Notes under the pieces: generated by a model
The model's database searches: none
What the model saw: the letters and a program-made list of their open reading frames with translations, nothing else
Told to the model about the DNA's origin: nothing
Position numbers and translations under genes: made by a program
Part shown: positions 1 to 13,565 of the stretch, piece after piece
How the letters are laid out: each line of letters starts with the position of its first letter
How positions within the stretch are numbered: position 1 is the stretch's first letter
Source: Octopus vulgaris
Lineage: Eukaryota
Length of the DNA: 64,000 nucleotides
Assembly (NCBI GenBank): GCA_951406725.2
Contig: OX597817.1
Location: 93,930,001-93,994,000 of the forward strand
Direction of reading: 5' to 3'

Positions 1-855
1 TATGTTAAAAGTGCTGGCGAGTTTGCATGGCAACTATTTTTTCCTTACATGAAAGGCGTGACCTATAGGACAAAATTCCTCATGTTATAAAATGTGGCCC
101 GATTAGACCCGAATGAAATCGGGTTATATTAACCAAAGTGTGAAAAGGGGTCTAAATGGGGCTGGAAGGGGATTAAAATTTACAGGAGCGGGTGTTTAGG
201 AATTCTCTGTTACATCAAGCTAAAAAATTTGCGCCAGCCTTTTAAATCGTCAATGTGTTGCCGTCCATCATGAAGAAGTTTTGAATGCTTGCCATGGTGA
301 GTCTACTGTCGTGAGAAAGAATCACTTCAAAACTTGATGTTTAGGAATTTTCTTTTACATCAAGTTCAAAATTTTACGCCAGTCGTTAAACTGCCACTAC
401 GTTGCTGTCCGTCGTTAAGAAATGCCAGCCATGGTGACTCTACTATCTTCAGATTCTATCCCTTCAAACTTTGGTTTCCAATAATTTTAAATTTTTATTC
501 AGCTCGCAAGTTCGTCTGTCCCTTTTAAATGTTAGTGTCTTGCTTTCTGACTTGAAGCAGACCTTTCCTTTGTTACTGCCTGATATTTATGATTGATCTT
601 TCAAACTACTTTCTTTCTCAAATCACTCAAGATATTTTGTTGTTTATAAATGGGAGAGAGATAGATAGAGAAAGATAGAGAGTAAGAGAAAGCGAGGGAG
701 AGTCCGAGAGAAAGGAAGAGTAAGAGAGTGGGAAAGTGAGAGAGAAAGGAGAGAGAAACAAAGAAGGAGAATGTGGTGATAAAAAACAGAAAGGAAGCAA
801 CAGAAAGTAACAACCACACTCTTACCCGCGCGTAGAGCGGGCCACCTTTAGCCAA
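1..855 (+). mobile_element. Non-autonomous Helitron-like element, copy 1 (5' part outside window)
   Basis: Closely similar direct repeat of 1277-2121. Ends in hairpin CCCGC-N7-GCGGG followed by a degenerate CTAG (CCAA, 852-855). Confidence 0.6.
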
Positions 856-2121
856 TCTCTATATTATAATTCTGAAATGCGAAAAGTTTGTTGAACGGGT
901 TAAAGGCCACTAGATCCCGTCAGATTGACTCCAAAATTTACAGGGACATGTAAAATGAGGTGAGGATGCGAGTGGGCTAGATTGGAAGTCCCCATCTTAA
1001 AAGGTGAGTTCAAATTCCGCCGAGGTCGACTTTGCCTTTCATCCTTTCGGGGTCGGTTAAATAAGTACCAGTTTCCCACTGGGGTAGATGTAATCAATTT
1101 AATCCCTTTGTCTGTCCTTGTTTGTCCCCTCTATGTTTAATCCCTTGTGGGTAGTAAAGAAATCCATATATATATATATATATATAATGCGTATATATGT
1201 ACATATATATTGTTAATGCATATATATATATAATGTGTGCATTATGTGGTCGGTTGAGCTGAAAATATGCACACCTATGTTAAAAGTGCAGGCGAGTTTG
1301 CATGACAACTATTTTTTTCCTCAAATAAAAGCGTGATCTATAGGACAAAATCCCTCATATTATAAAATGTGGCCTGAGTAGACCCGAATGAAATCGGGTT
1401 TTATTAACCAAAATGTGAAAAGGGGTCTAAATGGGGCTGGAAGGGAATTAAAATTTACAGGAGCGGGTGTTTAGGAATTGTCTGTTACATCAAGCTAAAA
1501 ATTTGCGCCAGCCTTTAAATCTTCAATGCGTTGCCGTCCATCATGAAGAAGTTTTGAATGCTTGCCATGGTGAGTCTACTGTCGTGAGAAAGAATCACTT
1601 CGAAACTTAGTGTTTAGGAATTTTCTTTTACATCAAGTTCAAAATTTTACGCTAGTCGTTAAACTGCCGCTACGTTGCTGTCCATCGTTAAGAAATGCCA
1701 GCCATGGTGACTCTACTATCTTCAGATTCTATCCCTTCAAACTTTGGTTTCCAATAATTTTTAATTTTTATTCAGCTCGCAAGTCCGTCTGTCCCTTTTA
1801 AATGTTAGTGTTTTGCTCAGTGACTTGAAGCAGACCTTTCCGTTGTCACTGCCTGATATTTATGATTGATCTTTGAAAATATTTTCTTTCTCAACTTACT
1901 CAAGATCTTTTGTTGTTTATAAATGGGAGAGAGATAGATGATAGAGAGTAAGAGAAAGCGAGGGAGAGTCCGAGAGAAATGAAGAGTAAGAGAGTGGGAA
2001 AGTGAGAGAGAAAGGGGAGAGAAACAAAGAGGGAGAATGTGGTGATAAAAAGCAGAAAGGAAGCAACAGAAAGTAACAACCACACTCTTACCCGCGCGTA
2101 GAGCGGGTCACCTAAAGCTAG
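856..2121 (+). mobile_element. Non-autonomous Helitron-like element, copy 2, with an internal SINE and microsatellite
   Basis: Starts TCTCTATATTATAA directly after copy 1. Ends CCCGCGCGTAGAGCGGG hairpin, 10 nt, CTAG|T (2118-2122), the canonical Helitron 3' terminus. Confidence 0.65.
1006..1163 (+). mobile_element. 5'-truncated CORE-type tRNA SINE with Tx1-like 3' tail
   Basis: B-box-like GAGTTCAAATTCC, core GGTCGACTTTGCCTTTCATCCTTTCGGGGTCG..AATAAGTACCAGT, tail TTGTCCCCTCTATGTT..CCCTTGTGGGTAGTAAAGAAAT. Confidence 0.8.
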
Positions 2122-2393
2122 TCTTATATATAGGTTTGATTATGAAATCTTTATCGATAATACTAGTATTTCGATACTCATTTTCTTTCGGGATTTCTGA
2201 TTTTCCTTTTGCCGCCCACTGGACGCAGCAAATTCGCAGTGCCTTTCTCTATTTCAGTGCCAAACTTATCTTCTGTAATCAAATAGGTGTTAAAGATCAT
2301 TGGAAGAGGCTATGCGCTGTCACACTACATCATTTCTCTATAAATATTTAGTAATTTAAACTCTCTAGAGATTTAATTATATTAGTAAGACCG

Positions 2394-2560
2394 AAGGTGC
2401 AGAGCTAACAGAATCGTTACAGCACCTGATTAAATGCTTAGCGGCATTTCTTCCGATTTTACATTTTAAGACTTTGCCTTTCCTCCTTTCGGAATCGATA
2501 AAATAAGAACCAATTGATCACTGGGGTCGATGTAATCGATTTCCCCATCCCCTACCAAAA
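2394..2560 (+). mobile_element. Degenerate CORE-type SINE
   Basis: GACTTTGCCTTTCCTCCTTTCGGAATCGATAAAATAAG..CTGGGGTCGATGTAATCG core, shared with the copies at 1006 and 15733. Confidence 0.7.
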
Positions 2561-3544
2561 ATAAGAAAAATTTATATTAGTAGGGTCTACTCTCTTTTCT
2601 GAAACCACAACTGTCTAGGAGCTTCCGCTGGACATTTAGACAGTTGCTGTTGTTATTCAGTACTGTTTAAATTATAATAGTTTTATACTAGAGTGGCCTT
2701 CTTTTAGAATTACTTGTGACAAGTTAAAATGTTTAATCCTCCTTGGGTTGAATTTTGGACATGAAGGTAGTAATTTCACTGTTAAATAGTTAGCTATAAA
2801 CTAGGACTAGCTCAGTGGTATTTAGAGTTTGTCCATTCATCAGTTGTTATGAATTGTGACTGTATCCCTCTTCTGCACAGCACTTGTCTTGATTGTTATC
2901 ACTGCCAGGGCTTACCTCAATCGCAGAAAAAGAGTGACTCGCAAACTTCGAAGCAGGGCTTTCTCATAACCGTAAAAATAGTTTGGCGCTAGTCTTCCCG
3001 CATGAACATGGCTGTGTCAAACGATTTTGTAAAGATGAAACTAGTCTCATATCTACTTAGAGTTAAGAGTATTCCAGTCCATATTGTATCAATTTCCTCC
3101 GCCATCATTTGTAGACGGACATTTAGATATCTTCATATCTCATCTGTACAACTCATGGAGAAAAACAATATGGAATAGAATACTTTAACCAGAATGAATC
3201 TTTGTGCTGTGCATTGCAATTAAAGATTGATACTGATGGTGGAACGAAAAATCCTTTTTAGTACATATTATTCAGAATATTCAATTTTAGCTGGGTTCAA
3301 ATTTCCGCATTAATGTTTATATTAAACAATAAATAATTAATTCGCCCAAGAAAATGAAAAGTATTACTTGTAGAAATAGAAATATGATATAATACAGCAT
3401 GGAGATTAATCACAGTAAAAGCCCGACCCAGTTGGAATGCAAGGCTTTTGCTTGATGATTAGTGATGGCATCTGGATCCACAACTGAATAATTCTACTGA
3501 AGAATAGACATAAAAATTAGCGTCCACGATCAAGTAAAATATCA

Positions 3545-3812
3545 TCCCCCTCCTCCCCTCCTCCTGAAACCTGCTCCTGTTCCTCGTCCTGTTCCTCCCC
3601 TTGCTCCTGCTCCACCTCCGCCTCCTGCCCCTGCTCCCCCTCCCCCTCCTGCTGCTGCCCCTCCTCCTCCTCCCCCTCGTGTATGTGTCTGAGCACGCGA
3701 CATGTGCATGTGTGTTTGTGTGTGTGTGTGTGTGTTAGTGTGTTTGTGTGTGCGTGTGCTTGCGTGTATGTGTGTGTGTGTGTGTGTGTTTGTGTGTTTG
3801 TGTGTGCGTGTG

Positions 3813-3847
<35 letters not shown>
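3545..3847. repeat. (CCT/GCT)n low-complexity tract followed by a (TG)n microsatellite
   Basis: Directly visible simple repeats. Confidence 0.9.
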
Positions 3848-3848
<1 letters not shown>

Positions 3849-4369
3849 GAGGTGCGTAGCTGATTCTGCATGGTTTTGGAGAAAAAAATTTGGTGTTATT
3901 CGGTTACACACATTTAAATTCTTAGTTTACATTCCGCTGTATAGGTTCACTTTAGTTTTACTCATCCGAGATCTGCAAGTACTGGTCTACACCTATTGAC
4001 GGGGGTAGATTTAACCACCACTCTACTCTAAACCTTGTCATAACACCGTCGCTAAAAAGAAAAGAAGGAAACTAGTCCACTTTCTCGAAATGTTACAAAA
4101 GACAAATTTTACGAGCTCTTTGGTTTCAGGCTTTAATCAGGCTGAATATTTTTTAAGGATTAGTATTAGAATATATCAAATACTAACTTGGTGTGTGTTG
4201 GTACGAGGTGCAGACATATCTGTAAAATAAAAGCGAAAACGATAAATAAATATAGAAATTTTACTGCGTAAGCACCGTGTTCCACTCTCCTCTTTATGAG
4301 AATAATAAAGTCTTTAGGGAGGTATTTCGTGTTATAATCAATATTTCTAGATAAATACGACACAGCTAT

Positions 4370-4448
4370 ACGTATATATGTCTAAAGAACGGCAATATAT
4401 GTATATATATATGTATGTGCAAAATGTAAGCATGTATGCAAATGCATG

Positions 4449-4492
<44 letters not shown>

Positions 4493-4572
4493 CACACACA
4501 CACACATATATATATATATACACACACATATATATATTCACATGTATATACACACACACATATATATATATA

Positions 4573-4634
<62 letters not shown>

Positions 4635-4736
4635 CACATATATATATGCACATGTATATACACACACATATATACCACGACACAACTATGCGCACATTTA
4701 TACCCACCTCTTTCTGTATGGGTAGGTGTGCATGTG

Positions 4737-4775
<39 letters not shown>

Positions 4776-4788
4776 TAGAGGAGTGGCT

Positions 4789-4825
<37 letters not shown>
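4370..4825. repeat. Compound (TA)/(TG)/(CA)/(GA) microsatellite block
   Basis: Directly visible. Similar blocks occur at 6274-6500, 8270-8343, 10800-10890, 11595-11870, 17765-18010, 37510-37680, 50240-50730, 53580-53755 and 56400-56540. Confidence 0.95.
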
Positions 4826-4828
<3 letters not shown>

Positions 4829-4970
4829 CTGAAGAGTGAATAATTTACCATTTAAGTCGAGATGTTCAATAAAGTGCGAGTTAATCTATCGAGAGATCTA
4901 TCGAGAGATTCGATTGTATGTTTAATGATGCTTTTGTGTTGATATGTCTGCGTATAATGTGCTTATATAA

Positions 4971-5007
<37 letters not shown>

Positions 5008-5085
5008 CATGGTAAATTCCATTGTTTCGACCACGGTCGAACAATGATGATGATGATGATATATATTTTTATATATTTATACTTA

Positions 5086-6270
5086 TAGGGTGCGGACGGT
5101 ATTTGAGAACAGGCTTATGGTTAAAAAAACTCTTATATAATGACAGAAAAAACTGTAGTTTTATAAAAAGAACATAAATATAAAGCTAAATCATCAATGT
5201 ACTAATTTCATTCAATAAAACCATCATAAGCATCAATAACTGCCTCTAAACACGGGTGAAGTGGTCCTTGATATCGGATATTACTCGAACTGCAGCGGCT
5301 TTCAAAGAATATTTGGTACTATGGGGGTGTTCATTGACATTTTTCTCAACGATGCCCCGTATATAGTAGTCTAGTGGATTGAGATCTGGAGAATTAGGAG
5401 GCCAAATGTTGGGGGTGATGTGATCATGCAAATTATCGGCCATCCATTGTCGTGTCATTTGAGCCTTGAGTGATGAAAGACGTAAAGCGTTTCATTGCAT
5501 ATAATATTGATCCAAGACTAAGCAACTTTATCCAGAACCTCAATATGCGCAGCAGCATTCATCCTAAAGCCTTGAGGAAAAAAGTGAGAACACATCACAT
5601 GTCCCTCATTGCTAACAACACCCAAAACCATGACACTTGTAGGAAGTTTTGGATGCATTATTCTTGGAACATTAGAAAGGTCTGCACATAGCCATCTGTC
5701 ATTTCTTCTTTTAGTTTTCTGGTCATGGTCAAAGTTTTTCTCATCTGAGAAAAACCAAATCCCACCATCTTTTGATGTTCAAAAGTCTTTTGGATCTGAT
5801 TAAACAGTTTTCTTTTGCTTTTTTCCAAACCTGAATTGACTTCTCATCGCGTAAGATTTGTATCTTATGTATCCATGCACAACATTTCTGAAAACTTTTT
5901 CTGACACCCGAATTCTTTTGCTATTGACCTCATTGATTTTCCATGGATTGTCTTCAATGCTTTGCTCAACTTCTTGAATAAATTCAGGTGTCCTGATAGA
6001 ATCAGAGCGTTTGTAAATGTTTTTTTTTACGTTTTGATGCAGATAATACGCTTCCATCTTTCTTTAACTCACACCGAATCTTGTGGATTTGCAACTTTCA
6101 GGAAATGAGAAATTTGTAAATCACCATCTTCAAAGCCACAATCACAGAATGCCTTTTCATTACATTAGTAAGTATAAGGTTTGACATTGTTATTTCTGAA
6201 ATAGAAGTTCAATAAAAATTAGTCCAAATAATGGCTAAAAATGCATGTGTCCTCAAATACCGTCCGCACC

Positions 6271-6273
<3 letters not shown>
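5086..6273 (-). mobile_element. Tc1/mariner DNA transposon (DD37D/maT-like), degenerate transposase
   Basis: TIRs (C/T)AGGGTGCGGACGGTATTTGAG ... CTCAAATACCGTCCGCACCCTG flanked by TA. Minus-strand peptide WPPNSPDLNPLDYYI and an FFSDEK motif. Confidence 0.85.
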
Positions 6274-6329
<56 letters not shown>

Positions 6330-6330
6330 C

Positions 6331-6401
<71 letters not shown>

Positions 6402-6424
6402 CATTCACACACATACTCACTCAC

Positions 6425-6484
<60 letters not shown>

Positions 6485-7660
6485 CTTGTATATATATATA
6501 TAAGAAATTAAAAATGGAAATTACGCACGCTTTACATAGTTTTAATGTAATTTTAAATATATGAACCGGTCTCGCTATCGCTATTCATGATATTATGTTT
6601 TACTTATTTGAATATGTATTTTCTTAAGAAGAAATTTTGTCCATGTTGTGAGTGGTGATATTTAGGAGTGAATGACTTCACAAGTAGAAAAATAAGGGGA
6701 GGTAATTGGTTATCTTTATTATTGTTATTGTTGTGGGCAAGGGAAATAACTGTTCAGCTTTCGGTAATAGTAGGGGAATATATATGTACAGACAAAAAAG
6801 ATTTCGAAAAACTTGTTTAGTGAGGGGATTTATGTACAGTGATGTAATCGTGAACTGAAATATGTAAAAAGATAAAAGTTGGTTATGCGTGCATATTAAG
6901 ATGTGTTCTGTATTTTACAATGAAAAAAGTTTCTTTATTTAAACATTCTTGTGGAGAGATTGTGTATTTGCACTAGTAGAAGAGGAAGACTGTGAAATTT
7001 GGTTTGATGTTATCAACAGAAAGGAACACCAAGAAATAAACAAGGAGAGAATAAAAAACTTGTGGATTTAGCGGTCAATCATGGCGACTGGCTGGAAAAT
7101 GTTAGTTGAGCAGGAGGGCTAGGAAGAAGGGGAGCTAATAAAGTACTGGTGATCCCAAAATGAAGGTGCGTGTGCGTGTGTGTATGTGAGAATGTGTAAG
7201 TGTGTGCGTGTGGATAGGGGCTAGTGACTGATGTGTGGATATGCGCGCTTGTAAATGTGCGTCTGTAATGTGTGGGTGTATGGATAATGGTGCGTGGGTG
7301 TGCAGATGGAGTGTGGTGTGGGGTGGGGTGGGGTGATGTGGTGGTGAGGTGGTGTGTGGTGTGGCGGTGCGGGAATGTGAGGGTGGGGTGTGGGTTTGGG
7401 ATGAGGATGAGGATGTGGGGATGGGGTGAGGATGTGGGAGTTGAGGACGTGGGGATGGAGTGAACATGTGGGATTGGGGTGAGGATGTGAGTAGAGTTGG
7501 GGTATGTGGGAGTTGGCTGTAGAATTGAGGTATTAATGAAGAGAGAAGGTGGGTAGGAGTGAAGAGAGGAAGTAAGTGCCAAGGCAAGAGGGGAGAGGAG
7601 AGTTGGGTAGGAGAGAAGAGAGGAAGTAGGTGTCAGATGAAGAGAGGAGAGGAGGGGAGT

Positions 7661-8060
7661 CAGCGCCAAATTACCCACCAAAAATACAACCCCACAAGTC
7701 AAATGGTACAACCGCCCTAACTGCGGAACTTGCATCTTCCTCTTAGAGGGCTCAACATACAAATTTAAGTCAGGTCAAACTTTTACCACAAAATATGACT
7801 TCACCTGTGCTTTGAAGAACTTAATCTATGTTCCCAAATGTGGAGGGTGTGGTGGGGACCACATAGGCCAAACTAGCTTAACTTTGAGGGATAGACTTAC
7901 GGTGCACAGGCAACAAATCTGAGACCCCACCACTTTGAAAATTCCCGTAAGCAAGCACCTAGACCATAAACTATAAACACCAAATCTTCCCTCTCTATCA
8001 ATGCACTGGAAACACTTCAACCCAATTCCGTTTAAATAAGGAAAACATTCTCATTTAAAA
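7661..8060 (+). mobile_element. Penelope-like element fragment: GIY-YIG endonuclease (pseudogenised)
   Basis: Manual translation RPNCGTC..FTCALKNLIYVPKCGGCGGDHIGQTSLTLRDRLTVHRQQI..VSKHL matches the Penelope Zn-linker plus GIY-YIG pattern. Confidence 0.75.
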
Positions 8061-8275
8061 ATATAATTCACAGCTGAATATCCTTTAGAAAGGAGAAAAA
8101 GCAGTAAAAAGAAAAGAAAAAGATTCAATTTCTCCACAAAAATAAAGAAACAACCAGGAACAACAAACAATTTCTTTAAAAACTTTAGTAACAATCTACC
8201 ACCCAGGTTCCGAAACCGCAACTCCAAATCACCATACAAACACCCGTTGCCGACGTTATCTAACACGCACGCACG

Positions 8276-8344
<69 letters not shown>

Positions 8345-8799
8345 GTATATATACTTGTTGGCTCAGGAGGTAGGAGAGGTTGTGTCCATTGTCTTCACAG
8401 GCCCAACTTACATGAGATCGATGAGACTGATGTCGATGTTTCACTGAAACTGTTACTAGCTGACTTGCACTCATGAGCAGAGTGAGAATTCTAGATAGGA
8501 AAGATTGGGTCTGGTGGATAGTGAAGACCTGGAAGAGGATGGCGTTTGGACACTACATTGGCAATGGGAGGAGGAGAATAAAAAGGTCGGGAATATCTGA
8601 GTGGAGCCCAGCCAGTTTCTATGGGTTAAGGCCAATTTCCAGAGTATTAAAAGCAGCGGTAGAGTGGGGGGATGAAAGGAGAGGGAAGGTGAGAGAGAAA
8701 GAGAGCGAGGGAGAGAGAGAGAGAGAGAGGAGAGGAGACAGCACGTTTTAGCTAGATATTTCTGATGCGGGAGTTGCACTCCATAATTAAGAATTTTTA

Positions 8800-10000
8800 A
8801 GGGCGTAGTATTTTCTAGCACTGACGGCCAGACGTTGAGATGCAGTCTTATCTATGTTAAATATGTAAAGAATGAACTTTCCTCAGAAGAGATTTTCAGT
8901 CATGGGGAAGTCTAACATTTAGAGTCATTGTAAGGCCTTGAAGTTTATTAAAGGCGTACGATACGTAATTTTTTTTTCTAGTGTTAGTCATTGCAGCCTG
9001 GTGGAGTAAGTGCATTTTCTCACGGGGATGGAATTGATATTTACAACATTCAGATAAGTAGGAGCTTTGTCAAAGATGCTCAATATGATACTGGGGAAGT
9101 CGTTTCGACTGTTTCAAATGAGGTGGGGTCGGGAGGTAACATTTTAGTACCTTTAGTACCTCGTCAGGGTGGGGTGTGGTCTTGTTGAAGATTTCTCTGT
9201 CCGCCAGTTGACTGGAGATTCTTTTGTTGAGGCCTATGATAAAGTAGCTAATTATAGTTGGTGGGGGTCGGGTGGGAATAATTGAAGTGTCTATAAATGT
9301 AAACGGTTTCCTTGTTGGGCTTTCGGTAACGGTTGTACTTGTCTGTCTCAAGATTTAGTGTTATTTTTAGGAAGTCGACCTTGGTTAAGTTGGTGGTAAC
9401 AATTTATATTTCAAGATATTTATAAGGTTCTTCCTGAAATGGCGTCAGTGTTTTCATGGCTTGAGAGTGTCATATCATTATTTCTGTAAAGGTACGAACT
9501 GCTAGGGTGTGTACGCTTACTAACAATGTCTATCTCACTCTTAAAGGGGCTGATTAATCTACATTTAAGATTGGAAAGAAGGGATTCTGAACCTTAAGCG
9601 TGATGAAATGTTTACAGGCTAAGGTGGTCCACAGAATTCGCTATCTTCGGGGAGTAGGATTTTACGTAGAGATGTTTGTCTTCTATGCTTTGTATGATGG
9701 TGTTTGAAAGGTGTCTTTCGTGTGTGGGGGTATGTTTTTCACATATTCTTTCTCTTGTCAGTAAGAATGTGTGCATTTGATGAATGCTTAAAATGTTCCG
9801 CGTACCTCTCTAAAGAGTTTAAAATAGAGTTAGAACGGTGCTGAAATCTTACCTTTTTGGTGTTGTTTATCAAGTCAGCTTTCAAATTCTTACGGCCCCT
9901 TATCCGGAAAGGACATTTTCGTGATTGAAGGCCTAAGTTATCAGTGAATGTGCTAGTGGTCACATTCTTGAAGAAGTATGCTTTCCAGTGCATATATCTG
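8800..10000 (-). mobile_element. Penelope-like element remnant, internally deleted RT region
   Basis: MHWKAYFF..LTDKRKNM resembles the Penelope N-terminal MRWKAxFF..ADKTxNxY motif. PPTII..NKRISS..IFN resembles the RT thumb motif HPPxI..RISxLS..IF. Confidence 0.55.
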
Positions 10001-10404
10001 TTGTGTGGAAGTAGAACACCCCTATTGGCTGGTTCCTAATGGACTGTGCCACAATATAAATGGACATACGCAGAGAGCTTTCAGCAGTGTAAAGCTGAGA
10101 GTTGCGTATTGTCGAGGGTTATTACCAGTATCTTGAGTAGAACGATTTGCAAGGACATTATTATTATCCCGTTATATCGTACGTCGAACGTGCGATACAA
10201 CAATATCTGATTACACTTTCCGTTTTTCTCGATGAACCGTGGTGAATAAAGCTTTCTTGGTGATGTTTGGATGTTTCTCAACAAGTATACAATCGGTTGT
10301 CTCAGTTTTATCTTCATTTGCGGAGCTCTACAGGCACTATTGCGAATGAGCGAACAACAGAAAGTAGAACTCAACACGTTTGCTTCGAGTTACATGTATT
10401 TAAT

Positions 10405-10540
10405 AATATAAAATAGTGTACATTTAAACACAAGAGAAAACTACCTTTAACAGGAAATGTTTACACCCTAGAAGAAGCAATCAAAACGACCAAAACCACA
10501 TTTTCTCTTGTGTAAAAATGTACACTATTTTATATTGAGA
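10405..10540. repeat. Short inverted repeat (arms of about 35 bp)
   Basis: AATATAAAATAGTGTACATTTAAACACAAGAGAAAA ... TTTTCTCTTGTGTAAAAATGTACACTATTTTATATT. Confidence 0.7.
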
Positions 10541-11631
10541 ATATATTGTCTATTGACTATTTATACATGCTAGGCCACTGGTGGTGTAATTTCTAAAAAT
10601 ATTCTTCACCCTATATATTTTACGAATATATATTTAATAATAGAGAGGCACATATATACATTGATTAAGGTTTCATGGGCGTAGGCTACGTCCAGTTCAT
10701 CTGATGTTTGGAGGCAGAGTGTAGAGAATTTAAAAAGGATTGCTCACGCCTACACACACACGCGCGCACACACATGCACACACGTGTCTACTAAGCTATA
10801 TCTACATACATACATACATACATACATACATACATACATACATACATACATACATACATACATACACACATACATACATGCATAAATGCATACATACAAT
10901 ATATAATATATATTTATGTCAAATAACATTCAAGTTCTACTGATAGAATGTAACCCAGTAAAACCTGTCACATAGTCGGGTCGTGGACGTCTAAACCGGC
11001 GACCCAACAAAGCCTGCTTGGTGAGGAGGGTGATTTGGACACCCTGAAAAACAAAACCTATAAAAGGGCAGAGTAAGAGTCAACAGCCATTCAGTAGGGT
11101 TGATATAATCAATGACGAAAAATCCAAGGCAAAGTTATTGGAAGCAGCATAGTGGATGTGAATTTGCGTGCATTAATCTCCATTCGACGCATGATGTTCA
11201 TTCGGCGAAACTACACGACGTAGTCTGGGCGGAAGAGCCTTTCAGCCAACGGTCAGTCTAGGGTTACCTGCCAGATGATAGAACTAGCAATTCATCAACT
11301 CACTTTAACTACTTAAAACATTATGAAGTCCTGAAATATATATATATATATATATATATGTATGCATATATGGCTGCAGGACGTCACCAACTGTTCAAAC
11401 AACGTGAAATACGTAAACAACGGGAAAACATGGAGAACAGGACATGTAAGCACAAAGGAAGGACCCTTCATCAGTTGTCAGCTGTCTATCTACTACTCAT
11501 TTCGAGCATCCAACGGCAATATGAGTCTTCAAAGACAGTTGCTCCCATAAATTCTAAAATAAAATTCAGGATTTAAGTACAAACGTACATATATTCACAT
11601 ACATACATACATACATACATACATACATACA

Positions 11632-11667
<36 letters not shown>

Positions 11668-11687
11668 CATATATATATATATATATA

Positions 11688-11736
<49 letters not shown>

Positions 11737-11782
11737 TGTTGTTTTTTCACATTTGTTCTTCTTTGTTTGGATTCACTATATA

Positions 11783-11848
<66 letters not shown>

Positions 11849-12346
11849 TATATACATATATAGACATATATATATGTGTGCGTGTCTTTGTAGCTATTTA
11901 TTAGATGTGCTATAATTAAGGCTACATTAAACATTACATTAATATTTCAATTTCGTTTCATGGCCCATTTCACATATAGGATATTCTAAATGTATATATG
12001 TGAGCGTATATATAGCTTCGTTCTGAATCTGTGTGTGTGTGTGTGTTGTGTGTGTGCGTGCGCGCGCATGCATTTGTGCGTGTATGTATTTGTATGTCAA
12101 TATCCACGTACATAAAATACACGCACATACGCACAGGAACATACATACATATGTATGTATAGTCAAATATATATGTATACGTGTAAACGTGTACACACAT
12201 GCGCGCGAGCTCATACATATTGTGTGTATGAAAGCGTATCGGTATAAATACATGTTAATGGTGTATATACACATGAATGAGCGTGTCTACAACAATTCCT
12301 ACTTATGCATATTTCTGAATACATATATGTATGTGATTTATTTAAA

Positions 12347-13565
12347 TCAGGTCATCCCATAAGTTCTGTCCGATTTTACCTTTTTTAAAATTGAATGAAA
12401 TTTTATAGTATTTTAGAATTATTTTTTATGCATTTGTGTACATTTGAACTAATTAAATATTATTTTACAGTATAATAGAATTAAAATTTCTTTGATTAAA
12501 ACGTTTTCTAACATGGAAATATCCAAAGAGTATTTGAGGAACAAAATGCTTTATGAGTAAAAAAAAGGAAACTCTACAGCCGAAGCGTCTCGAAACAATT
12601 TATGGGAAAGTATGCTTGAATGAAAGAACTTGCAGAAGATGGTTTGTAAAATTCAGAAGTGGAGATTTCAGCTTTGAAGATGAAAATCGATCAGGACGTC
12701 CAGTTGAGTTTGATGTTAAGCTCCTTGAGGCATTACTTAAAAAAAATCCTGCATTATCAGTAGAAGAATTTGCAATAAAGCTTAGTTCAAACCATACAAC
12801 TGTTCGTCGGCATCTTCAACAAATTGGAAAGGTTCCTAAACTTGGAAAATGGGTGCCTCGTGAATTGTCCGAAAGCAACCGCAAATCCCGAGTTGACATC
12901 TGCTCTTCCCTCCATTCTCGCGAACTCATTTCACCCTTTTTGTATAGACTTGTGACTGGTGACGAAAAATGGATCTTCTATTGAAATGTTAACGTCGTAA
13001 ACAGTGGCTTGGTAAAAGGGAAAAAGCTCAACCACAACCGAGAAGGGGACTTCATATGAAAAAGGTTCTTCTCTCTGTCTGGTGGGATTGCAAAGGAGTA
13101 ATTCAATTTGAATTGTTACCACCTAATGCAGCAATCAATGCTCAAGTCTACTGTCAGCAATTAGAGCGTTGGAACCAAGCTTTGAAGAAAAAAGACCCGC
13201 TTTAGTGAATCGAAAAGGTGTGGTGGCCCCACACTGTAAAGATCACATCATAGAAGATCAAAGAGCTTGGTTGGGAAAAATTCCTCAGCCACCTTATTCT
13301 TCCGACCTTGCTCCTTCAGACTACCATTTGTTTCGTAGTTTACAGATCATTTGTGGGACATAACTTTCGCAAGCCAGGAGGAGGTCGAAACTGACATTTC
13401 AGCGTTCTTCGCTTTGAAACCAAAAGATTTTTACATTTATGGGATTAAAAAGATGGAAGGAAGTGATAGATAATCAGGGAAAATACATTAAATTTCAATT
13501 AAATATAACATTTGATCACTTGTTTTCTTTATTCAAAATTCGTACAGAACTTTGGGATGACCTGA
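12347..13565 (+). mobile_element. Mariner (DD34D) element, full length, inactivated transposase (~12513-13490)
   Basis: TIRs TCAGGTCATCCCATAAGTTCTGT / ACAGAACTTTGGGATGACCTGA. Motifs WVPREL, VTGDEKW, YSSDLAPSDYHLF, with stops and frameshifts. Confidence 0.92.

Noticed and set aside
7079-7762. 227-aa Pro/His/Thr-rich minus-strand ORF
   Set aside because: It derives from a G/T-rich low-complexity tract and overlaps the Penelope fragment antisense.
10945-11300. Structured GC-richer segment resembling a LINE 5' UTR or ribozyme
   Set aside because: One hairpin is visible, but I could not build a complete ribozyme fold or find a linked ORF.
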